From positions 78,306,001-78,370,000 of the forward strand of contig NC_043001.1 in NCBI RefSeq assembly GCF_006345805.1: 64,000 nucleotides of DNA, in the 5' to 3' direction. This DNA comes from Octopus sinensis (taxonomy: Eukaryota). The translations under genes were made by a program, and so were the position numbers. Numbering within the stretch: position 1 is the first letter of the stretch; each line of letters begins with the position of its first letter. Under the pieces are notes generated by a model. The model searched no databases, was not told where the DNA came from, and saw nothing but the letters and a program-made list of their open reading frames with translations. This document shows positions 12,240 through 25,477 of this stretch, in pieces.

Positions 12240-12810
12240 TGGTAGTATTATTTCCGGTTTATTTTCGGACTTATGGTTTTAGTCATCAATATTATTTTAC
12301 AGTTTTTTTAGTATATGGAGTGTTGAATATTTTCCGTTTAATTTCGGATTTAGAATTCTTATAAAGTATTCGTCTTTTGCCTTTCATAGTTGTACATTTT
12401 CATCGTTTACTTTGTAAAATGGGAATATCTTAAATTCTCTATTTGCGCAGGTATCTAGACGTTCACTGCGTGGGACATTCCAAAGAGATGAATCCCTAAT
12501 TTGTTGCTTATGCTCAATTACACGGCTGATCAGTTTAGTTCTTGTCTTCCCAATGTAGTTTTCATTGCATTTTGGGAATGTGATGCAGTTTATGAGGTTT
12601 TATGTATTGCACTTCATGTCTGCTTTCACATTTAATTCCTTCCCATTTTTGTCCCTTATTCAATTAATTTGCATGTCCCACAACTGAGGTCTCCCAAGCT
12701 GGCTACTTGCTTCGTTTCTTTTTCAAATGTGAATCTCACCTTTGCTAGGCGTCTCTTGAGATTAGTTTGTTGTCTTCGACTGTTGATAATCTGTGATCTT
12801 TTAATTGTGA
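12240..12810 (-). mobile_element. Penelope-like element 3' fragment encoding a decayed GIY-YIG endonuclease
   Basis: Minus strand: TNLKRRL, CGTCKLI, NLINCITFPKCNENYIGKTRTKLISRVIEHKQQIRD, FKIFPFYKV, YFIRILNPKLNG; then TTGATGACT...AGTCCGAAA hammerhead-like remnant (12262-12290). Confidence 0.75.
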
Positions 12811-12821
12811 GAAAGAAAATA

Positions 12822-13850
12822 TATTTTTCAGCGTAGTCACCCTTGCAGCCCATACACTTCTGCCATCGATGTAGCAGTCCTTGGATACCATTTGTGCAGA
12901 TATGGCGACATCATAACTGCGTTACCGGTTCCCAGCCAAGTATTTTTTCATGTCACACTTAATAATCAGAAGATCCAAATCAAGGGAATAGAGATTGTGA
13001 TCAATCAGCTGAAAGTTGCAGTCATGCACAACAGCAATTGAAACCATGGACTTGTGCCCTAGAGCAGCGTCCTGATAAAACATGTCCCTTTTCTTCAGGT
13101 CCGTTTTCCTGGACGTTTTGACTCGATTGCATTCGTAACTGCCTCAGCAAGTTGGCATAGTACTCTCCATTAATGATACGGGGATTTTTAAGTTAGTCAA
13201 TAACCATAATGCTTTGTGCGTCCCCCAAAATTCACCTTCTCTGCAGATGAAACAACCTTGGATTTCTTTGGAGCAGGTGGGGATGGGTGCTTCCACTGCA
13301 TGGTTTTTCCCTTCTTCTTTGGTTCAAAATAATGAAGCCAAAACTCACAATTAGGAAGCATTCAAGGAAACAAGCTGGATGTTGGTCCTCGATGTGATAG
13401 ACCTGGTGCCCTTTTGAACAGGTATCAGAAAACGTGGCACACGCCGGAGCAGAAGGCGTCTTCATGCCAAGTTTGTTGTGTAGAATATTCTCAACTCTCT
13501 CACGGTAACTGCTAATAGTATTGACTATTTGATTTATAGACAATCCCCTGTCATCCAAAACCATGGGGTGAACACGGTGAATGTTTTCCATTATGGTGGA
13601 TGTTGCAGACCAGCCAGGCCTTCAGTCATTTTCAAGATGCTCTTTCCCTCCTGAATTCAGTTGTTCACTTTTGCACTAGTGATAAGGCTAGATCGACACC
13701 CCCTGTTGTAGCAACCATGTCAACGTGAATCCATTTTCTGCAGGTACTTGATTACACTATGATGCCAATTTTTTTCCATTTTCAAAAGAAGTTGCAACGA
13801 GTTACTTTTTAAGTCACATTTGAACAGTCAGATGACTGTTTATATGGAAA
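12822..13850 (-). mobile_element. Decayed mariner (DD34D-type) transposase
   Basis: ATG near 13779 (MEKNWHHSVIKYLQK), ENIHRVHPMVLDDR, ERVENILHNKLGM, WKHPSPPAPKKSKVVSSA, INGEYYANLLRQLR, C-terminal KGDYAEK. Confidence 0.8.
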
Positions 13851-13904
13851 GAAACAATAAATTTATTACTAAGAAGGGTTGAAGTAATAGTAACAATAAC
13901 AGTC

Positions 13905-13950
<46 letters not shown>

Positions 13951-13989
13951 ATATCAATATTATCTTTATCAACATACTTCATAACATTC

Positions 13990-14027
13990 TGACTACTACT
14001 ACTAGTAGTACGCCAACGACAACACCC

Positions 14028-14074
<47 letters not shown>

Positions 14075-14150
14075 GCTACCACTACTACTACTGCTACTAC
14101 TACTACTACTACTACTACTACTAGTAGTAGTAGTAGTAGTAGTATTGTTG
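13990..14150. repeat. (TAC)n followed by its complement (TAG)n
   Basis: ...ACTACTACTAGTAGTAGT... junction; a smaller junction near 14003. Confidence 0.9.
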
Positions 14151-14533
14151 TTGTTTCATTTTTATTAGTATTTTTATTGTAATTATAAACGTCTCTCACC
14201 TATATCGTAAAGGCCTAAAAGAAATTGTATACCGTTGCTATAATGTTCCACTATATCTGATGCCCCTGTGGCTAATAAAGGAAATCATAATCATTTTTGG
14301 CTTTGTTTCTTTTCCTTTTGTCGCTGTCGTGATCTAGTCGTCAGTTTTGTTTTTTCTATTTTCAACACTTTGCAAGAATTCTTAATATCGATTATGTTCT
14401 TAGTCCTGGTGGATGTAAAAGACGTTACTATCTCAACTGACAATATTTATCTACCATAATACTCATTTTTTTATAAACTCTATACCGACTTCGCCATTTT
14501 GTACAAATCAGTCTCGATTATATATGTACATGT

Positions 14534-14585
<52 letters not shown>

Positions 14586-14588
<3 letters not shown>

Positions 14589-14858
14589 TGGAAAAAGGAT
14601 ATATATATTTGCACTAGGAACCACTTCACATTGACAACCGGTGATTGTCACACTCTGATGACGGGTCAATACCCAGAAACTCGGGTTCGTGTGTATTACG
14701 TCAGGTGGGAGAGGGGAAGGATGGCCTTCCTTTGCAAATACTGATAGGACACGGAATGTGTGTCAATAGCCAGCAGGAGGTGTCTTCCTGGGGCTACAAG
14801 CTACAGTATCATCCTCCCTTAAGGGTTAGCCACATTTAAGCGGCAAATATACTTCACG

Positions 14859-14860
<2 letters not shown>
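14586..14860 (+). mobile_element. About 270-bp element in (TA)n carrying a hammerhead-like motif
   Basis: Non-repetitive island with (TA)n on both sides; contains motif 14649-14693. Confidence 0.5.
14649..14693 (+). ncRNA. Type I hammerhead-like motif
   Basis: CACACT CTGATGA C GGGT CAAT ACCC A GAA ACTCGGGT T CGTGTG: intact core, 4-bp stem II, near-palindromic stem III, 5-bp stem I. Confidence 0.6.
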
Positions 14861-14951
<91 letters not shown>

Positions 14952-15445
14952 GAAAAAATAGCTAACGTAATCCAGGATATTTATGTAAATCTACAGGGAT
15001 ATGGATCGGTAGAATTTCATAGTTGCACCACGACTCCTATACTGAATGATAGGAGACATCTTGAAAATTGCAAATGTGAAGTTGAACAAAATTCTTATCC
15101 ATTTTTTCACAGATTGCTCTAACATATAAAGAAACAAACCTATTGCGCAACGACACCAAAACGACAAAAGATAATGTAACGTAATAACGTGTTTTGGAAT
15201 AAATAGCAAATAAATTTAAATGCGCACGTTTAATATATAGAACGTTTCGGACTGTGGAAACACTTGGGATTTACCCATACATCCACCCACACAACCCCCA
15301 CACACATATATTTATATATATATACATATATACATATTTATATTTATATATGTAAGTGTGTGTATATATATATATATATATATGTATATACATATATACT
15401 TATTTACGTGTATATGTATATTTTATTGTGTATGCATATACGCAT

Positions 15446-15543
<98 letters not shown>

Positions 15544-16441
15544 TGTGTGTGTTTCTATCTCTATGTATCTATCTATCTATCTATCTATCTATCTGTGTGT
15601 GTGTGTCTGTCTGTATAAATATATATATACATATGTGTGCATCCAACATTTACAGACTACCTATAAATTCAGTCGACACCTAGAAAACCTGTGTGCATGC
15701 CTGTACGTGTGTGTGTGTGACTGACTGCAAATGCTTCTATGTATATATGTGTATGCATGCACGTGGAGTCACGCGCTCTTGTGTATGTGTGTTTTGTCAC
15801 CAAACAGGCGCACGTCTATCTAATCAACATCAAGACATAACGTGTCTATCCCATCAACATTTTTAATGAATATATCAGCCAACACTTTCAACACCGAACA
15901 CATTCAATTGAAAAAAAAAATAAAGAATAAAAGAAAAGAAAAATATATAAAAATATATCAAAAAACGTAAACTCTACAAATACATAAAATACAAAAAAAC
16001 AACAAAATAACTCAAATATTCAAACGACGAAATGAAGTTCCCACCCCAAACCATTATTTATTTGTGAAATAAAAACCATTGAGATCAATGAAGTTCTCTC
16101 GGCGAACCAATTTTCAGGACCAAATTGTGTGAGCTTTGCAATCAGTTTTATCTGTGAAGATAATTAACCTCCTTCTAGAATGTTATCAGCATTCTTGAGA
16201 CAATTCCAAGTGCCCAATTGTTGTTCAAGTATTACTGTATACAGAACAAATAGCAAGATACACAAATACACACATACTCACAATTACATCCTGCCACACA
16301 CATATATGTATGTATATGTGTATGCGTATATATATAATATATATATATATATATTATATATATATATATATATACATGTATGTGCATATATGGATATATA
16401 TATATATATATTATATATATATGTATAATATATATATATAC

Positions 16442-16478
<37 letters not shown>

Positions 16479-16488
16479 TGTGCATATA

Positions 16489-16537
<49 letters not shown>

Positions 16538-17253
16538 GATATATATAATATTATATATATATATAATATATATATAGCGGTGGCGTACCTTAATCACTTA
16601 TAAAGACATATAGACATATACGTTGGGAACATATATGCATGTGCACACAAATTCACACTTTCCTGCATATATACACAGAGATACAGACACTCATACACAC
16701 GCGGACACACACACAGTCTTGCCACGTATATATTTTAGCTCTCGTTAACATACACGTCCCATGTACATTTAATCATGAGACACATTCGCAGAGAAGCCTG
16801 TACAATTTTACCCTTGTACACACGGAAATGAAACAGTTAACGAACGAGAACGTGAATTTGAATTATACTTTACTATTACCATACTTCCTCTTATAATAGC
16901 AACCTTCTACAGTTTTCAGCCTTCTTAAGTTATTTATTATTTATTTTTGTTTCAAATAAACCTCACTCAGCAAACTATATCCAACAAAATATTCGCTACG
17001 TGGTCGCAAGAGCTACAAGAAATTTACAGCTATATCCCCCTAAAGTGGAGCATGTCTGTAAGATGTCTTACAGAATGTAATATTGAGTGATGTGATACTG
17101 GGTTATTTCTCCATCTGGAACACATTGGGTGTTTGTAACTGGGGTGTCTGTTACCAGAGATTTACTATTTCTGGCCTGACCTGGGGTTAAGTTTGAACAG
17201 GGTATACAATTCTTTATGAAATGAAACCGAATATTTTTCGCAAAAGACCCATG

Positions 17254-17335
<82 letters not shown>

Positions 17336-17419
17336 CATATATGTATGTATGTGTGTGTATAAATACATACATGCATGCATATATACTTATTGTACATACA
17401 TACATATATAACAATATCC

Positions 17420-18100
17420 AACGCGTCGGATGTGAGCTCGTACGGAAGTACTCTCTTTCTGATGACCTCCCATACTACCCCAAATCCGTCCGACTTGTAT
17501 ACCTCAAAGAAGAATTGAAGGCGATAGTAACATTGACATGAAGCGAAGCTTCTCTTGGTCTCGTGATCGCTACATGACATCACACCGCGAAGGCTATATA
17601 TTTGTAATCCAAGAAGAAGAGATTACTACGAAACACCTAAGCAGCAAAAGCGAGAGTGAAGTTCTTAGAGTTTCAAGATGCAAACCTAAATGTAGATTGT
17701 CATATTGTTGTTGAAGTCATCACACACGTGATTAGCAGCTGCCAATGACAAAAATGTCATTAATTTACTACTTCCCTATGAGACATGAATTTGTCGCAAA
17801 AGCAATATACTACGCCATTCGAAAGAAAGACTGACTTGGAATAAATATATAGAATTCCCCTCTTATTGAATAAGTACAAAAAATTAGCACGAGGAATAAT
17901 GGTGGAACATCCCTATCAAAACATCTGTCATGTGGGAGCTTAACAGGCCGGATATTGCAGTTTCGGTTTGAAAAAGTACGTACTGTCATAGACGTCAGCT
18001 GTCCTGCTGATGTGAATATCTCTTTGAAGATCAAAGAGAAAGAAGATAACTATGGACAACTTCTTCGAAACCTCTAGCTTCTATATCTCGATTATAAATT
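17420..18100 (+). mobile_element. R4/Dong-like (restriction-like endonuclease) LINE, C-terminal relic
   Basis: IDMKRSFSWSRDRYMTSHREGYIFVIQEEEITTKHL, degenerate CR-C...THVISSC knuckle, RH motif, NRPDIAV, VIDVSCPAD, KIKEKEDNY. Confidence 0.7.
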
Positions 18101-19050
18101 TACATTCTTGATTGCCCTAATTTTTTTTTAATCTTATGCAATATGATAATATTGTTTGAAATGATCTCTTTAAACAATTCTTGATTTTTCTTTTTCTCAA
18201 ATAGCTCCACCCTCCTGATCTTAGTATTCATAAAGACATTGATATAAATAACCTTCCTAATTAAGTACCAATTAGAAAATATAATTATCATGTAGGGTGT
18301 AATAATAACTTCATAAACCTATCATATAACCCTTAATTTTACAAAAAGATTAGTTGAAAGTAGAATCGTTCCATAACTTAAAAGACATCAGTCTTTTATA
18401 GATATTATCCTAACAAGTAAATATAATTTTTAGTCTAATATATTTTGAATTATTAAACTTTTTTTCTAAAAATCTTCTCTATTGGTGTTAACAAGCTAAA
18501 TATACTTTACCATAGTAATTAAAGCATTTTACCCCTTTTCTATGATGTTCTGCCCATGATTATTTTATTTTATTCTATTTTCAAAATTAGCCTTTATTTA
18601 TTTACTTATAGAATTATTCAAAGTCTTGTATCTCTGTAAATTTCATACTCAGCTTATATAAAGCTATGCTAATATATTCACTACTTATAACAAAAAAAAT
18701 CTGCTTAGACTAACATTTTTAATATATAATTAGCATGGTCTTTTACCTCAATACTCCTTTATTAATACCAGTAAATATCATTTAATCGATATTCACAGAT
18801 ATCTGATAAGTTAGTATTTAAGTGTATAAATATTATACTATTTCTATATTTTCTTTTCCTCCTTCTATTGTGGTAAAATTTTGATGTATACTAAAAAGTA
18901 CTCTTAATTATTCTTCTTAATCTTTTGAATAACCCTAAACTTTATCTCTATACAATATATCAGCATTCTTTTATAGTAGTTAACTGTAGTACTACATGAT
19001 AAGACTTCCCCTGTCCCATTATCAATGGTCTGCTAGTGGGCGATCCCTTA
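18100..19050 (-). mobile_element. Possible highly decayed L1/Tx1 AP-endonuclease region
   Basis: Only faint motif-like stretches on the minus strand (DHA, IIMG, possible RID/SDH remnants); many stops. Confidence 0.25.
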
Positions 19051-19562
19051 ATTATCAGCTAACATATTGTTTTAGGTATTCTCTTACTAAACCTCATGAC
19101 ATTGCTTCAAATAAATCTTGATTTTATGACTATACCATTTAGAATGTCTGTCTACTCCACCAACTCTACCCCGAACAGATACTACCCTCTGTCTTCTCTC
19201 AGCCTTAAATATACAAAGGATTTCATAAACTAGTCTATAAATTAAAACTGACCCCGGAAAAAAAAATCAAAATTATAGAAAAATCAGTGACATGCAGTGT
19301 CTTCTTGAAAAAACAATTCAGTTACAACTATGATGTTGTTGGTAAAACATGTTCTTTGTATATCTCCTTATCATTTTGGAGATTTTAGGCAAAATTATAC
19401 TAATGTGTCCTTCTAATTTAATTAAATTCTAAGTCCTTGGGCAACTGAAGATTGCTCTACATCTTAAATTTATGTAACAAAATGATTGCATTGTTCAATT
19501 AAACGGAGTCGGCTGAAACGATCGTTCTGCATTACCTCTGGATATAATTCTTGCTTATTTTG

Positions 19563-19594
<32 letters not shown>

Positions 19595-19635
19595 TATATA
19601 TATATACAGAGTGAGAGAAAGACAGACAGGGATAG

Positions 19636-19637
19636 TG

Positions 19638-19689
<52 letters not shown>

Positions 19690-19702
19690 TGATAGATAGA
19701 TT

Positions 19703-19788
<86 letters not shown>

Positions 19789-19790
19789 CA
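19636..19790. repeat. (GATA)n microsatellite
   Basis: Direct reading. Confidence 0.95.
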
Positions 19791-21936
19791 GGCATACAGA
19801 CAGAAAGACAGAAAGAAAGATAGGTAAATATTTTGCAGTAGTTTTCAAAGTGCAGATTTGAATTACTGTACAATACATAAAACGTTTTAAGATGTCAACA
19901 CTAATAACCGTAAAAATTTACAAATGGGTATGTATACAGTTTCAAATGCAATGGCACCCATACTTACAACTCAGAATTTCGCTACAGTGAAAATATGAGA
20001 GAATAAAGTTTTATGGGAAATGGGATAACTGAGTTACTGCTTTGGATATTCATTCGAACGTAATTCGTCAAAGACTTACTTCATAAACAGTTATATTCGA
20101 AGTGGAAATTGTAACGAAGTAACGTTGGTTGAAGTGAATGGGAATTATCACCTGCTTTATTTTTCACTATATCAGGTCTGCTGTTCAAAGTGAGCACCCA
20201 TCGAACTGTCGTATCATGGTCCGATGTGTGTGATTTCTCTACCGTCAACGTTATTGTGTGCATGTTCGCATATGCAGTATGTATAAGAACAGTAGATGTA
20301 AGACAATAAAAGCCTAAAATGATGTAATGTGAATTGCCAACTTACGTAGCTGGAGAAAACAGTTGAATCGTGCAATGATAGTAAGGTTCATAACTACAGA
20401 TATCTGAGCTATCATGACCGATAAATGTGCAGCGTAAATGGAGGAAAAACGGTAATGTTACCACAAAATATATGTTCAGGCGACAGATGTTAGACACATC
20501 TACTTATTAGCATTAAAGTTGATGTAAGACAGCATTTCTATCTCGTTCACTGTATCCCTGCTATGGTTATAAACATCCCCACCAGATATCGGTGGAGACT
20601 GTTCTGCGGAATATTCGCATGCTAGAAACAGCAGCCTAGCCCGCACGCTGAAATCATAGTTGTTGTAGTTAAAAAAACAAACAAAAACGCAAGTTGGATG
20701 ATGTATGTGAATAACAGAGAACAGAAAATAAACACGATAGTCATGGATGGATAGTTGCATGATCATAGACCTTTGCGGAAATAACAGAAACAGAAAAAAA
20801 TGGAAGCTGATCACGGCTGAAGCATATTTCATAGAACTTCATATCCAGTACTGATCTGGTACTCAAACAAAAGATACTATGACGTCTAATTCGTCATTTT
20901 AGCATATATTACAAGTTTTAGGAAAAATATGAAACCACATACACACACATACATACACACACATACACACACACACGCACACACACATATATATACTCTT
21001 TTACTTATTTCAGTCCTTTAGTAAATATGGTTTCCTTTTTAACTATAATGCTTCTCTTATTTGAATAATAATTTCATAAGATTTCTAAACGATGAACTTT
21101 TATTTTATTTACATGATATATATTATATATTTTTTATATGCTCCTATATATATATATATATTTTTTATTTTTATATACCTAATTATTTATATATATTACT
21201 TTATATTATATTTTTACTTTCTAGGTATTGTAATGTTTTTGTTTTTTTTTAAATGTATTTTTCTGAATCGCACACTCTAAACTGTGATGAATTTTTTTTT
21301 CTAGCACTTATTATTATTATTATATGCTTGTATGCTTGTACAGATGAATTATGTTCCATCTTGCGGGATGTTTATATGTATATTCTATGATTAAATGTTC
21401 GAATTATGAAATGCTATGCGGATGACCTTGCATTTGTTTGTTCAATAACTTTAGTTTGATATATATATATATAAATATCTACGTTTATGTCTCTGTCTAT
21501 ATGTATGTGTGTATATGAATGTACATACATACATGTGTATATGTATACACACTCTGATATGTATGTATATCTCTTATATAAATTGTGTTCTAAAATTGAT
21601 TATTTGGTGTCTTGTCAAACCATTATCTATATAAATTTTCACAAAGGCACTGGTACAAATAATTTGATTTTCTTTGTTTTTTGAACGTTCCAGTTAAATG
21701 AATTTGTTCAGGCCTATTTATTCAACACATCGCACCAGAAATTAAATGTACTCATCCGTTAGTTTATCAAAATCATTGGTTTTAACAGTTGAACTCGAAG
21801 TAGAGAATGTATCAATAACAGCATTGGGTTAAAACACCCTTTGAATACAAAAGGCTGTTGTGCGCCAATTGGCGGCCTCCGAATTTACAAGAAGTTGTAA
21901 CCCAAAATGTATATGCTATTATTTATGTCCCTTCAA

Positions 21937-22910
21937 GGCGGCGTGCTGGCAGAATCGTTAGCACGCCGGGTGAAATGCTTAGCAGTATTTCGTCTGCCGC
22001 TACGTTCTGAGTTCAAATTCCGCCGAGGTGGACTTTGACTTTTATCTTTTCGGGGTCGATTAAATAAGTACCAGTTACTCACTGGGCTCGATATAATCAA
22101 CTTAATCCGTTTGTCTGTCCTTGTTTTTCCTCTCTGTGTTCTTGTGGGTAGTAAAGAAATAGGTATTTCTCGCGTCGTTATGTTCTAAGTTCAAATTCTG
22201 CCGAGGTCGACTTTGCTTTTTATCCATTCAGAATCGATAAATTAAGTACTATTTGAACACTGGTGGTCGATGTAATTGATCCATATCCTTCTCCAAAATT
22301 GCTGCCCTTGCTCCAAAATTTGAAACCCTTATAAGGCAGCGAGTTTGCAGAATCAATAAAACGCGAGGCGAAATGCTTAGCTATGTTCCGTCCGTCGCTA
22401 CGTTCTTAGATCAAATTCCACCGAGTTCGACTTTGCTTTTCATCCAATCGGAATCGATAAAATAAATACCAGTTGAGTATAGGTGTCGGTATAATCGATT
22501 GTCCTGCTCCCCCAAATTTCAGACCTTGTGCCTATAGGATAAAGAATTATTAATAGCTCTTCTAAGGCGGCGAGCTAGCGGAAACGTTAGCACGACGGAC
22601 GAAAAGCTTAACGGTATTTCGTCTGCCGTTACGTTCTGAGTTCAAATACTGCCGAGGTCGATTTGCCTTTCATCCTTTCGGGGTCGATTAAATAAGTACC
22701 AGTTACGCACTGGGGTCGATATAATGGACTATATCCGTTTGGCTGTCCTTGTTTGTCCCTTCTGTGTTTAGCCCCTTGTGGGTAGTAAAGAAATAGGTAT
22801 TTCGTTTGTCTTCAAATTCTTAGTTCAATTCCGCCCAGGTCGACTTCAAGATCAATGAAATAAGTATCAGTTGAGTACTGGGTTCGATGTAATCGACTCA
22901 CCCCCTCCCC
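21937..22910 (+). mobile_element. Head-to-tail cluster of tRNA-derived SINE family B (heads at about 21937, 22333, 22564; first and third carry a second partial unit)
   Basis: Repeated GGCGGCGAGCTGGCAGAATCGTTAGC head, GAGTTCAAATTCCGCCGAGGTCGACTTTG B-box region, CATCCTTTCGGGGTCGAT...AAGTACCAG body. Confidence 0.88.
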
Positions 22911-23419
22911 ACTATATTTATAGCCCTTCTATTTCCAATTCAATCTTGTTTCGAAGATTCAAAATTCTTATGCCGTGTTTATCTATTGATATTTTAATAA
23001 AAGAATACTCATCACTCCATCCGATTGCTGTTGTGATTCTTCATATTTTTGTTGCTTATACTCGAGTCTCTAGCAACTGAGCAGATAAACAGTCGTGGAC
23101 AAATGTTTGGAACATTGTTTTGAAAAATTAAAATTGTTATGCCCAAGTACTATTTGATTCAAATATATACAACGTATATATTTGGGAATTTAATATAAAA
23201 ATTCTAATTTTCAGATCTATGTTCTAAACTGTTGGTCACGATTGATCAAAAGTCTTCCAACAGTGATAATTCTATCTTTCTGGCATGAAGAAGGTACCAA
23301 GAACAACATAGCCTACGAAAGTTTGGTTGGGTGTGATTTGAAGATGATTTGTTTATTATTTCTACCAGAGTGAGCGTCTATGTTGAGGCTTCCTCGCGGT
23401 TCGGTAATATATATGCATA

Positions 23420-23825
23420 GGCGCAGAAGTGGCTGTGTGGTAAGTAGCTTGCTTACCAACCACATGGTTCCGGGTTCATTCCCACTGCGTGGCATCTTAG
23501 ACAAGTCTCTTCTACTGTAGCCTCGGGCAGACCAAAGCCTTGTGAGTGGATTTGGTAGACGGAAACTGAAAGAATCCCGTCGTATATATGTATATATGTA
23601 TGTGTGTGTACATGTTCGTGTGTCTGTGTTTGTCCCCCAACATTGCTTGACAACCGGCGTGCTAACGTTTACGACCCCGTAACGTAGCGGTTCGGCAAAA
23701 GAGACCGATAGAATAAGTACTAGGCTTCCAAAGAATAAGTCCTGGGGTTGATTTGCTCGACTAAAGGCAGTGCTCCAGCATGGCCGCAGTCAGATGACTG
23801 AAACAAATAAAAGAGTAAAAGAGTA
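23420..23825 (+). mobile_element. SINE family A, full length
   Basis: Collinear with 673-1105. Confidence 0.92.
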
Positions 23826-24019
23826 TGTGTTGCACACATACACACCCACACAAACACACACACACATATATATATGTATAAGTTTTTATTCTTACCCTTA
23901 AGACTCAAAAGACAGGTTAACCTGCAGCCATGGTGTATGAGGGACCGAAGTCACAACATTCTCATTGAAAGGGACGCTGCTCCGACGCAAGATTCAAGGC
24001 CAGCAAGAGCCCCGTACTT

Positions 24020-24158
24020 GACCGGTACTATATTTTATCGACCCTGGAGTGGTAAAAGAAAATTTGACCCGAATAATATTTAGACTCAGAGTGTAAGGTG
24101 CTAGAATATATACGCTAAGAATCTTATCCGACGTAGTAACGATTCCACCATCTCGCTG
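24020..24158 (-). mobile_element. Degenerate SINE family B
   Basis: GGTACTATATTTTATCGACCC...ACTCAGAG...GCTAAG...TAACGATTCCACCATCTCGC is the reverse complement of the B head and body. Confidence 0.55.
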
Positions 24159-24300
24159 GTTTAGTTGGGAGAGACTTCGAAGACACTATCAACAATATTC
24201 TTGTTTAAGAATGATACATTTTTTCTGTACAGGAGTATAGAATACCCAACTAATTAATGTATAACTGGTTTTACTATAACTGATCATGAAGGACAAACAT

Positions 24301-24459
24301 CAAGAGTAGCTGTGTGGTAAGAAGCTTGCTTCCCAATCACATGGCTCTGGGTTCAGCCCCACGGAGTGGCACTTTGGGTAAGTGTCTTCTACTATAGCCT
24401 CCGTCTGACCAAAGCCATTAGAGTGGATTTGGTAGGCGGAAAATTAAAGATACTCATGG

Positions 24460-24528
<69 letters not shown>

Positions 24529-24800
24529 ATGTATGTATGTGTGTGTGTGTGTCTTGTGTGTGTGTCTGTGTCTTTGTGTCTATGTGCTTTGTGTCTATGT
24601 TTGTCGCCCCACCATCGCTTGAAAGCCGATGTTGGTGTTTTAGGTCCTCGTAATCTAGCGGTTCAGCATAAGCGACAGATAGAATAAGTACTAGGCTTAC
24701 AAAGAATAAATCATGAGGTCGATTTCTTCGACTAAAAAAACCTTTTAATGCGGTGCTCCAGCATGGTCTGAGACAAATGACTGAAACAAGTAAAAGGAGC
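24301..24800 (+). mobile_element. SINE family A, full length, expanded internal microsatellite
   Basis: Collinear with other A copies. Confidence 0.88.
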
Positions 24801-24859
24801 AAAATATATTTACATATATTTATAGACACAATGTAAACATGCATATGTAAAATGAACTG

Positions 24860-25079
24860 CAGTGATCCTTCGTCATATCGCGGTTCACCTATCATGGTAT
24901 ATTTAAACTTACGTCGATTCCTACGCCGTGTTGTTTTGTATTTCTACTAAAATAAATAAATACAAATCATAACAATAATAAAAGAAAACATATATTACAG
25001 TACTTTTTCTACTTCGCAGATTATCACCTATCGCAGGGCGTTTTGGAACGTAACACCCGTGAGAGTCGAAGGATTACTG
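24860..25079. mobile_element. Tigger/pogo-like MITE
   Basis: CAGTGATCCTTCG...TATCGCGGTTCACC left end; CGAAGGATTACTG|TA right end. Confidence 0.65.
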
Positions 25080-25477
25080 TAATGGTCACCGATTAAGAAT
25101 TCTGCATTAACAAACCCCTAGATGAATAGTAGATGTGTTATGGATTGAAAGGAAAGGCTCATAATTTTAGCCACACAAACACACATACACACAGACTCAC
25201 ACACACACACATTTTGACACATTTGCTCATCAACACTTCGAACTAAAACAACGTTAAGAATAACAACCGAAACGTCTGTAACAGCAACAAGCGTAAGGGC
25301 GATATCAATATAGACGATATCACCAATCACTCACTACCATTAACAAGAAGAACTTGAAGAACAACACAAACATATTGAAGACGTATGGGTGAGAATTGGT
25401 GTGCTTCTTAAATTATGTGTTATTTTCTTTCACATTTGTCTGTTTTTCACAACTGTCTTATAAGTACATACATATAT

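Noticed and set aside
19441-19530. GCAA CTGAAGA ... GGCT GAA ACGATCGT T CTGC, hammerhead-like
   Set aside because: Palindromic stem III is present, but stem II cannot pair and stem I is mismatched at the first pair; too degenerate to call.
20330-20460. Possible minus-strand exon with GTAAGT donor
   Set aside because: No convincing acceptor or recognisable protein; cannot be supported without transcripts.
21405-21445. CYADDL, resembling an RT catalytic motif
   Set aside because: Too short, and the flanks show no other RT motifs.
21937-22910. Repeated units resembling a tRNA gene cluster or CRISPR-like array
   Set aside because: Units are diverged SINE B copies with no cloverleaf and no constant repeat-spacer period; context is eukaryotic.
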